Shown: in pieces, positions 37,719-45,221 of the stretch
How positions within the stretch are numbered: the first letter of the stretch is position 1
Layout of the letters: each line of letters opens with the position of its first letter
Origin: Candidatus Aminicenantes bacterium
Lineage (GTDB): Bacteria; Acidobacteriota; Aminicenantia; Aminicenantales; JAFGBC01
DNA: 64,000 bases
Direction of reading: 5' to 3'
Assembly (NCBI GenBank): GCA_963702005.1
Contig: OY969696.1
Coordinates: 3,520,001-3,584,000 of the forward strand
Made by a program: the position numbers and the translations under genes
Notes under the pieces: model-generated
What the model was told of the DNA's origin: nothing
Databases searched by the model: none
The model's input: only the letters and a program-made list of their open reading frames with translations

Positions 37719-39131
37719 TTAGATGCGGGACTGATACTTCAATTCTTGAAAGGTGATTCGGAACTCGGTCCCGCCCTCCCTGTGGAGCTCGATCGTGCCG
37801 TCGAGCTGTTCGACCAGAAGCTGGATGATTTGCATCCCCAAGCTTTCCGCGGACTTGATGTCCAACCCGGCCGGCAAGCCGACGCCGTCGTCCCTGACGG
37901 TCAGTCGGTAGCGTCCTTCTTTCAAGTCGCGGAACTCGACGGCCAACCTGCCCTTCCGGCCCTTGGGGAATCCGTGTTTGACGCTGTTGGAGACGAGCTC
38001 GTTCAAGATCAGGCCGCAGGGGACGGCCGTGTTGACGTCCAGGAAGGCTTCATCCAGGTCCAGGCTGATGCCGACCAAGTCGGGATCGATGCCCAGGGAT
38101 TGAATCAAATGGACGACCATCTGGCGGATATAGTCGCCGAAATCGATCCGGTTCAGGTCCGGGGACTGGTAGAGCTTTTCGTGAACGATGGCCATGGACC
38201 GGATCCGGTTATGGCTCTCCTTGAGGGCCTCGGCCACGGCCGGGTCGGCGACGGCGCGGGCCTGGAGGCTCAAGAGGCTGGCCATGACCTGCATGTTGTT
38301 CTTGACGCGGTGGTAGACCTCGCGCAGCAGGACCTCTTTTTCCCGCAGGGACTCCCGGCGCTGTTCCTCGGCCGCCTTGCGTTTGGTGATGTCGGACAGG
38401 ATGTGGACGGCGCCGCTTATCCCGCCGTCCGCGTCCAGGATGGGATCGACGCCGGCCAAGAACCAGCGGTCTCCGATCAGGAACTCCGCCTCCTCGTGGG
38501 CTTTGGAGACGAGCATTTTCGGGAAAGGACAATCCATGAAGAAGTCCGTCCCGCCGTGAACGATCTCGTAACACTTCCGGCCGATAATGTCCTTGACGGG
38601 ACGAGCCAATAAGGACGCTATGGCTTCGTTGCACTGAAGGATTCGGGCCTCGGGATCCAGGAGGCAAATCCCGTCCGTGATCGCGTTGAAAGTCGTGACC
38701 CACTTGGCCGCGCTTTCCCGAAGAGCCTCCTCAGCCTCCCGCTTTTCCCCCCGGATCCGGGCGTCGTCGAGCTCACGGCGGACGGAAGGGACGAGTCGGC
38801 CCAGCTTGTCCTTCATGATGTAATCTTGGGCCCCGAGCTTCATGGCCTCGATGGCGATGTCCTCCCCGATCGTCCCGGACACGATGATGAACGGGACATC
38901 CAGACCCATTTCCTTGAAAAGCTTCAATGCGGCCGGTCCTCTGAGGTGGGGAAGGGCGTAGTCCGCCAGGATGAGGTCCCAGATTCCGTGCTGGAGGGCT
39001 TTCCTCATCCCGGCTTCGGTCTCGACGCGCTCGAAGCGGGGCTCGAACCCTCCCTCCGTCAGGTTACGGATGATGAGAAGCGCGTCGTCCTCGGAATCTT
39101 CGACGATCAGGACGCGCAGGACCTGGCTCAT
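37719..39131 (-). CDS. Receiver-PAS-HisKA_2 hybrid histidine kinase
   Basis: VLIVEDSEDD; EVYHRVKNNMQ; NELVSNSVKH; DDGVG. Confidence 0.92.
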   Translation of the reverse strand: MSQVLRVLIVEDSEDDALLIIRNLTEGGFEPRFERVETEAGMRKALQHGIWDLILADYALPHLRGPAALKLFKEMGLDVPFIIVSGTIGEDIAIEAMKLGAQDYIMKDKLGRLVPSVRRELDDARIRGEKREAEEALRESAAKWVTTFNAITDGICLLDPEARILQCNEAIASLLARPVKDIIGRKCYEIVHGGTDFFMDCPFPKMLVSKAHEEAEFLIGDRWFLAGVDPILDADGGISGAVHILSDITKRKAAEEQRRESLREKEVLLREVYHRVKNNMQVMASLLSLQARAVADPAVAEALKESHNRIRSMAIVHEKLYQSPDLNRIDFGDYIRQMVVHLIQSLGIDPDLVGISLDLDEAFLDVNTAVPCGLILNELVSNSVKHGFPKGRKGRLAVEFRDLKEGRYRLTVRDDGVGLPAGLDIKSAESLGMQIIQLLVEQLDGTIELHREGGTEFRITFQELKYQSRI

Positions 39132-39144
39132 CGCCGTGCTCCTT

Positions 39145-39591
39145 TCAATCGGAATCCGCGGGCAGCGGCACGTTCAAGATCAGCCAATAGAGCCCGAGCT
39201 GCCTGATCGCGTCGCTGAATTCCTTGAAGTCGACGGGTTTCCGGATATAGCTGTTGGCCCCGTTCCGGTAGCCGTTGAGCAGGTCCGCTTCCTGGGTGGA
39301 CGAGGTCAGGATCACGACGGGAAGGAAGGCCGTCCGGGGATCCCGGCGGAGCAGCCTCAGGACCTCCAGTCCGTCGAGCTTGGGAAGCTTCAGGTCCAGG
39401 AGGACGACAACCGGTTTATCGCTCAGGTTCCTGCCGGCATGGGTGCCGGTCCCGAAAAGATAGTCGAGCGCTTCGACGCCGTCCCCGGCCACAACGACCC
39501 TGTTGCTGATACGGTTGTCCTGGAGCGCCCGCAGCGTCAGCTGGACGTCGTCGGGATCGTCCTCGACCAACAGAATGTGCTTATCGGCCAT
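39145..39591 (-). CDS. Single-domain response regulator (Rcp1-like)
   Basis: ILLVEDD, LLDLKLPKLDG, GANSYIRKP; true start MADKH at 39591. Confidence 0.92.
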   Translation of the reverse strand: MADKHILLVEDDPDDVQLTLRALQDNRISNRVVVAGDGVEALDYLFGTGTHAGRNLSDKPVVVLLDLKLPKLDGLEVLRLLRRDPRTAFLPVVILTSSTQEADLLNGYRNGANSYIRKPVDFKEFSDAIRQLGLYWLILNVPLPADSD

Positions 39592-41785
39592 CGCTCCCTC
39601 CTTCCCCGTCATCGAGCATGAAGTAGAACGTCGCTCCCCGTTCGGGGGCGCTCTCCGCCCAGACCCGGCCGCCGTGGCGCCGGACGATCCTCTGGACGGT
39701 GGCCAAGCCGACCCCCAGCCCCGGAAAATCCTCCTTGCGGTGGAGGCGTTGAAAGGCGCCGAAGAGCTTGTCGGCGTAGGCCATGTCGAACCCGACCCCG
39801 TCGTCCTTGACGAAAAATACATCCCGGCCGTTCTCGACGAGACGGCCCAACTCGATCCGCGCCCGGGGTTTCTTGCCCGTGAACTTCCAGGCGTTGGCGA
39901 GGAGGTTCTCGAGGACAACCTTTATGAGGGCCGGATCGGCCCGGGCGAGAAGCCCGTCGCGGATCACAATCTCAGCGTCCCGCTCCGGCGCGGACTGTCG
40001 GAGGGAAGCCGCCACCTCGCGGGCCAGCCCGCTCAGGTCGACCTCCTGCCGTTGGAGCGGGGATTTGGAAAGGCGGGCGAGCTTCAGCAGATCGTCGATC
40101 AGAAGTCCCATGCGCTGAGTGGCGGCCCGGATCCGGGCGAGATAATCCCGCCCCTTGTCCCCGACCGCCTCCCGGCAATCGTCGACCAGGACCTGGCTGA
40201 AGCCGTCGATGATCCGCAGCGGTGCGCGCAGGTCGTGGGAGACGGAGTAGCTGAACGACTCCAACTCCTTGTTGGCGGCATCGAGCTGCACCGTCCGCTC
40301 GGCGACCCTCCGTTCGAGGTTCTCGTTGAGAAGACGAATCTCTTCCTCGGCCCGCCGCTGCTCGGTGATGTCCCACGCGGAGGACAGGGCACCCGTGACC
40401 CGGCCGTCGGCGTCCTTGAGAGTCCGGCACCACCAGGCCAGCAAGCGAGCTTGGCCGTCCTTCCGCCTCTGCCAGCTTTCGAGGTAGATGACGTCCTCGG
40501 CGCCTTCGAAGAAGGGCTGGACGATCCGGTAGGTCGGCTGCTCGCCCACGAAGTAGAAGGCCGCCTCCTTCCCGACGGCGTCGTCCCCGAAGAAGTCGGT
40601 TCCGGCCTTATTCGCCCAACGGTAGACCTTGTCGTTGTCGACTTCCATGATGATGTCCGGGACCGCGGTCAGGATCGCCTCTTGGCGCAGGCTCAGCGAA
40701 CGGAGTTCCTCTTCCGCCAAGAGACGCCGGCGGAGAATGCCGATCTGTTCTCTCCTGATAATGTAGCCGAGTCCGCTGCCCGCCATGAGGATCAGGCCTA
40801 AAAGACTCGCCGCTAAATAGCGGGATTCCCGGACGAAGGGAGCGAACACCTCTTTGCGATCGACCTTGGCGACTAAAAACCACTCGGAGCCGATCACGGG
40901 CCGGAGGACCGACAAGACGGGAACGCCGCGATAGTCGACGCCCTGGAAGACCCCTTGTTTTCCCTGAACGGCGCGGGCGGCTGGGAGGCCTTCCGTGGAC
41001 AGCGGCAGCCGGAACTCGAGGGTCGTGCCCTTCCGATGGCGGAGCTGGCTGAGAAAAAGGACGTCTTTACCGTCGCGCCTGACGAGGAGCGCCTCGGCGC
41101 TCGAGCTCGGGGTCGGCCAGGATTGTATCAAAGGATATAAATATCGGGCCGGGTCCCGTCTAATAAGGATGATGCCGAGCGGACCGGACTTCCCTCCGTC
41201 CGTTTCAGGGATTGGGACGAACATGTCCACGCGGATGTCCCCCGACCGGCGCCCTCGATAAAGATCGGAGAGGGCGACCACGCCGTGAAGCGCGATCTCG
41301 AGCGCCCGGCGATAAACGGGATCATTCTCTTCGGACCAGGACATGTCCTCCGTCCCCATGATCCAATTCCCTTCCCCGTCAAGAAGAAAAACCTGGCTGT
41401 GGTCATTGTTGGCCCGGAGGGACTCGAACCAAGCCCTCAGGGCGGCCCGGGCGTTCGCGGATTCGCGTTCCGATGTCGATAACGCGTTTCGAACGGACGG
41501 CGTTAAAAAAAGATTGTCGCGGAGGGCCTGGCCGTCTCGAAGCCGCTCCGATCGCCACTCCGTGATCTCGCGGCTCTTGAGGTCGGCGACGGCCGAAAGC
41601 TGAGCATAGGCGGATTTCTGGAAAGCGCGCTTCTGGGCCGCGAAATAGAAATATCCCGCCCCTCCGATCCCGGCCGACATCGCCAGGAAAATAACAAGAA
41701 ATTTCGCCCACTGAAAAAAAACCCCTTCCGACTTCGCCTCGACGCTGGAAGAAATCGGCCCCGGATCCAACCTGCCTTTCTTCAA
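39581..41785 (-). CDS. Membrane sensor histidine kinase (Cache-like, PAS, HisKA, HATPase)
   Basis: Two TM helices; FSYSVSHDLRAPLR; NLLANAWKF; DDGVGF; GLGVGLA. Confidence 0.92.
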   Translation of the reverse strand: MKKGRLDPGPISSSVEAKSEGVFFQWAKFLVIFLAMSAGIGGAGYFYFAAQKRAFQKSAYAQLSAVADLKSREITEWRSERLRDGQALRDNLFLTPSVRNALSTSERESANARAALRAWFESLRANNDHSQVFLLDGEGNWIMGTEDMSWSEENDPVYRRALEIALHGVVALSDLYRGRRSGDIRVDMFVPIPETDGGKSGPLGIILIRRDPARYLYPLIQSWPTPSSSAEALLVRRDGKDVLFLSQLRHRKGTTLEFRLPLSTEGLPAARAVQGKQGVFQGVDYRGVPVLSVLRPVIGSEWFLVAKVDRKEVFAPFVRESRYLAASLLGLILMAGSGLGYIIRREQIGILRRRLLAEEELRSLSLRQEAILTAVPDIIMEVDNDKVYRWANKAGTDFFGDDAVGKEAAFYFVGEQPTYRIVQPFFEGAEDVIYLESWQRRKDGQARLLAWWCRTLKDADGRVTGALSSAWDITEQRRAEEEIRLLNENLERRVAERTVQLDAANKELESFSYSVSHDLRAPLRIIDGFSQVLVDDCREAVGDKGRDYLARIRAATQRMGLLIDDLLKLARLSKSPLQRQEVDLSGLAREVAASLRQSAPERDAEIVIRDGLLARADPALIKVVLENLLANAWKFTGKKPRARIELGRLVENGRDVFFVKDDGVGFDMAYADKLFGAFQRLHRKEDFPGLGVGLATVQRIVRRHGGRVWAESAPERGATFYFMLDDGEGGSDGR

Positions 41786-41915
41786 GGTCTTTCCCCCGAC
41801 CTATAAATATTATAGGTTTTATAGCCGATAATAGAATACAAAAATTTGGAGCCGCTGTCAATTTCCGCCCCGGCAGGGGGAGAGCATCTCCAAATCTGTG
41901 AAGCCTGGAAGAGGA

Positions 41916-43487
41916 CTAGGACAGGAGCTTTCTCTTCTTCGCCCAACGCTCGCGGAGCCGGATCGAATCCACGCCCAGGCAGTTCCCTTTCGAGAACGGG
42001 TTTCGGCCTACGCACTCGAAGCGGAGGGTATGGGTCCCGGCCGGAAGCTTGAAGCTTCCCAGATAGTACTCCCCAACCTCCAGGTTCGGCGCATAGAGGT
42101 CGAAGTCCTCGAGGCGCTGCCCCGCTGCGGCGCCCTCCGGGGCGCGGACGTTCTTCCCGTCCAGGAAGATCCTCCAGATGCCGTAGTCGTCCGCCCGGGT
42201 GAGGTCCAACACCAAGCCCCGGTACTCCTCCCGTTCGACCTTGAAGTCGAGCTCGATGACGGGCATATCCGCCGCCGGCATAAAAAGGACCTGGCCTTCC
42301 CCCGTCCAGTCATAGCCTTTCTGGAGCTCGAGGACGCCGGCCGAGTGCCGGGCCGTCCCCAGGAGGTCCTTCCCCTCGAGGACGATATCCAGGTTGGGAA
42401 AGCGGCGCTGGGCCAAGGGGGGAATCGGGCTGAACCGTTTGGGCTGGCCGGCCTGGTACCAGAAAGCCACGGTCGCGATGTCGTCCTCGCGCTCGACGTG
42501 GCCCTCGATCTTGCCGCTCTCGGTCTCGTCGGCCGAGATCCAGCCCTTGTGCTCGATCTCGAAGCGCAGGGATTTCTCGAACCGGACCGGGTCGGGGATG
42601 TGCCAGCGGTAGAGCGAATAGCGGACGCCCAGGTCGTCGGCTCCCATGCTCATGTAGGTGCACCCGAAATAGGGATAGAGGGCCTCGTTGAGCCCCCAGG
42701 CCATCAGAAAATAATCCTCGGTGCCGGTGCCCTGGACGGAGGGCTTGGCGTCGCCGTCAACGTAGAACTTGGCGTCCCCCTCTCCGAACCAGAGCGGACT
42801 CCGGGCGCGGGCGGACATGACCGTCCCCACGTACTGGCCGCGGCCTTCCGCGTCGAGGACGAGATAGTCGCCGCCCGTCTTTTCGGGCAACTCCTGACGG
42901 TATTGGGCGCAGAAGTAGGCCGTATCCGCGGGGAGGGCGGCCTCCTCGGCGTAATCGATATGATAATAGAAGGAGCGAACGTTCTTGGCGCCTTCGTTCG
43001 TGATGGTGATCTTGGCTCTCTTATGGAACGGCATCGGCCAGAAGCAATTGTAGCCGTCGCCGCTCTCGACCATGACCGGGAGCGAGTTCAACTCGCGGCG
43101 AAGTCCGAACCCGGCGCCGAAGAAATCGCCCAGGGGCGCCTCGACCGCGGGTTCCTTCCCATCGTCCCAGTACATGCGGAGGACGATCTCGTCCGGAGCC
43201 GCCGACCCGTTCGCCTCGAGCCAGTTCGGCCGCGCCTCGCTGAAGGTGAGCCAGATATGGCGGATGACGCCCGGCCCTTTGAGGTCGGCCAGGACCCTGG
43301 TCTCGCCCGGAACGACGTATTTGATCCGGTCGGCGTTGCTGTTCGGGTTGGGATCGGCCGAGGTCACGGCCCGCGACCGGCCTGGTTTCAGGGTCATCAG
43401 ACCCGTAAGGTCCTGCGCGGACGCAGAACCAACCCCTAGAAGAATAAGGGACATCATCCCATAACGCAATACTCGTAAGCGTCTCAT
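41916..43487 (-). CDS. DUF2961/GH172 glycoside hydrolase with C-terminal beta-sandwich
   Basis: GPGVIRHIW, PLGDFFG, NCFWPMPF, WFGEGD, GTGTEDYF, YRWHIPDP. Confidence 0.88.
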   Translation of the reverse strand: MRRLRVLRYGMMSLILLGVGSASAQDLTGLMTLKPGRSRAVTSADPNPNSNADRIKYVVPGETRVLADLKGPGVIRHIWLTFSEARPNWLEANGSAAPDEIVLRMYWDDGKEPAVEAPLGDFFGAGFGLRRELNSLPVMVESGDGYNCFWPMPFHKRAKITITNEGAKNVRSFYYHIDYAEEAALPADTAYFCAQYRQELPEKTGGDYLVLDAEGRGQYVGTVMSARARSPLWFGEGDAKFYVDGDAKPSVQGTGTEDYFLMAWGLNEALYPYFGCTYMSMGADDLGVRYSLYRWHIPDPVRFEKSLRFEIEHKGWISADETESGKIEGHVEREDDIATVAFWYQAGQPKRFSPIPPLAQRRFPNLDIVLEGKDLLGTARHSAGVLELQKGYDWTGEGQVLFMPAADMPVIELDFKVEREEYRGLVLDLTRADDYGIWRIFLDGKNVRAPEGAAAGQRLEDFDLYAPNLEVGEYYLGSFKLPAGTHTLRFECVGRNPFSKGNCLGVDSIRLRERWAKKRKLLS

Positions 43488-43616
43488 AACTCCTCCCCAT
43501 CGAAAGCGATTCCAGGCCAAATTATCCCAAGGTGTTCGCTAAGTCAACTCGGAGGGAAAGCCATCGAAAAAAAAGACGCGGGTATTTATTTCGGGAAGTC
43601 GAACTCCTCCGGAAAT

Positions 43617-43669
43617 AATTCAGGGGACACACGACTTAATTCCAAATTAAGTCGTGTGTCCCCTGAATT
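43617..43669. repeat. Perfect 25-bp inverted repeat (REP/MITE-like)
   Basis: AATTCAGGGGACACACGACTTAATT-CCA-AATTAAGTCGTGTGTCCCCTGAATT. Confidence 0.9.
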
Positions 43670-43675
43670 CTTATC

Positions 43676-43704
43676 TTGACAAGCGGAGGCGGCTTTCCTA
43701 TAAT
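43676..43704 (+). promoter_or_regulatory. Consensus sigma70 promoter
   Basis: TTGACA-17 nt-TATAAT, exact consensus. Confidence 0.9.
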
Positions 43705-43711
43705 GCCCCGC

Positions 43712-43810
43712 ATGAAGTCGTTGCGCTTGGAAGAAAACACGGGAGCGCCCGCTCTCGCCCTGCTCCAGGCGTCCTTCTCTTTCTGGTGGGCGGACCCCTC
43801 CGCCCTGTAA
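43712..43810 (+). CDS. Putative Trp leader peptide (32 aa)
   Basis: MKSLRLEENTGAPALALLQASFSFWWADPSAL*; TGG-TGG at 43784-43789; lies between the promoter and trpB2. Confidence 0.75.
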   Translation: MKSLRLEENTGAPALALLQASFSFWWADPSAL

Positions 43811-43888
43811 CATCACCCCTCTACTATCTTTTTTACCAGGTCATTCCTCCCGCGAGGACCATTCCCGGAAAGAAAAGGAGTTACAACG

Positions 43889-45181
43889 ATGACACGTTTC
43901 GCGACACGCAAACCCGAATATCTTCCCAAGGCCTACTACAACCTCAAGGCCGACCTCGAGGAGCTGCCCAAACCTCCCCTCCACCCGGGGACGGGGCAAC
44001 CGCTCGACCCCAAAGACCTCGAGGTCATCTTCCCCAAGGGCTTCATCGCCCAAGAGATCTCGGTCGAGCGCGAGATTCCCATCCCCGGCGAAGTCCGCGA
44101 GGCCTACGCTCAGTTCAGGCCGACGCCACTCGTCTTTGCCTCCGGCCTCAAGAAATACCTCGAGACGCCGGCCGATATCTTTTACAAATACGAAGGCGTC
44201 AGCCCGACCGGCAGCCATAAGTCCAACACGGCCCTCGCCCAGGCCTATCTGGCCTCCCGGGAAGGCGTCCGGACCCTGACGACCGAGACCGGCGCCGGGC
44301 AGTGGGGCTCGGCCCTCGCCCACGCCGGCGCCCTATTCGACATCGAGGTCAAGGTGTTCATGGTCCGGGCCAGCTACCGCCAGAAGCCGGGCCGCATAAC
44401 CCTGATGAAGCTCTTCGGCGCCACCGTCGAGGAAAGCCCGAGCCCGTTCACGGATTCAGGACGGGCCTTCTACGAGAAAGATCCCGACCACCCCGGAAGC
44501 TTGGGCATCGCCATATCCGAGGCCGTCGAGCTCGCCCTCAAGAACCAGGGCACGACCAAGTACTCGCTGGGCTCGGTCCTGGACACCGTCCTCATGCACC
44601 AGACCGTCATCGGTCAGGAGGCCGTCCTGCAGATGGACGAGCTCGGCGCGCGGCCCGATCTGGTCGTCGGATGCGTCGGCGGCGGGTCGAATTTTTCGGG
44701 ACTCGCCTTCCCCTACGTCCGGAAGAGGATCAAGGACAAGGCGGACATCCGTTTCCTGGCCGTCGAGCCCGACGCCTGCCCGTCGCTGACCAAGGGTGAA
44801 CTCCGCTACGACCACGGCGACGCCTCGGGGCTGACGCCCCTCCTCTACATGTACACGCTGGGCATGGGTTTCGTGCCGCCGCCCATTCACGCCGGAGGCC
44901 TCCGCTATCACGGCATGGCGCCGCTCGTCAGCCACCTCGTCGACAAAGGCATCGTCGAGGCCCGGGCGGTCTCTCAGCCCGAAGTCTTCGAGGCGGCCCG
45001 GGTCTTCCTCCGGACCGAGGGCATCCTCCCCGCGCCCGAATCCGCCCACGCCGTGGCCGCCGTCATTGAGGAGGCGCTGGCCGCCCGTAAAAACGGCCGG
45101 AAAAGGACGATCCTCTTCAACTTGTCGGGGCACGGCTTCCTCGATATGAGCGCATACGAGACCAACGGAAAATCCCGCTGA
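43889..45181 (+). CDS. trpB2: Tryptophan synthase beta chain, stand-alone TrpB2 type
   Basis: GSHKSNTA, ETGAGQWG, HPGSLGIAISEA, GGGSNF, HAGGLRYHG, NLSGHG; no adjacent trpA. Confidence 0.92.
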   Translation: MTRFATRKPEYLPKAYYNLKADLEELPKPPLHPGTGQPLDPKDLEVIFPKGFIAQEISVEREIPIPGEVREAYAQFRPTPLVFASGLKKYLETPADIFYKYEGVSPTGSHKSNTALAQAYLASREGVRTLTTETGAGQWGSALAHAGALFDIEVKVFMVRASYRQKPGRITLMKLFGATVEESPSPFTDSGRAFYEKDPDHPGSLGIAISEAVELALKNQGTTKYSLGSVLDTVLMHQTVIGQEAVLQMDELGARPDLVVGCVGGGSNFSGLAFPYVRKRIKDKADIRFLAVEPDACPSLTKGELRYDHGDASGLTPLLYMYTLGMGFVPPPIHAGGLRYHGMAPLVSHLVDKGIVEARAVSQPEVFEAARVFLRTEGILPAPESAHAVAAVIEEALAARKNGRKRTILFNLSGHGFLDMSAYETNGKSR

Positions 45182-45221
45182 GAGGGAGGGATGATGTCCG
45201 GCGGCTTAGCGACGGTATTCG

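Noticed and set aside
37719-41785. Three-gene kinase, receiver and hybrid kinase cluster
   Set aside because: A common architecture with nothing atypical visible
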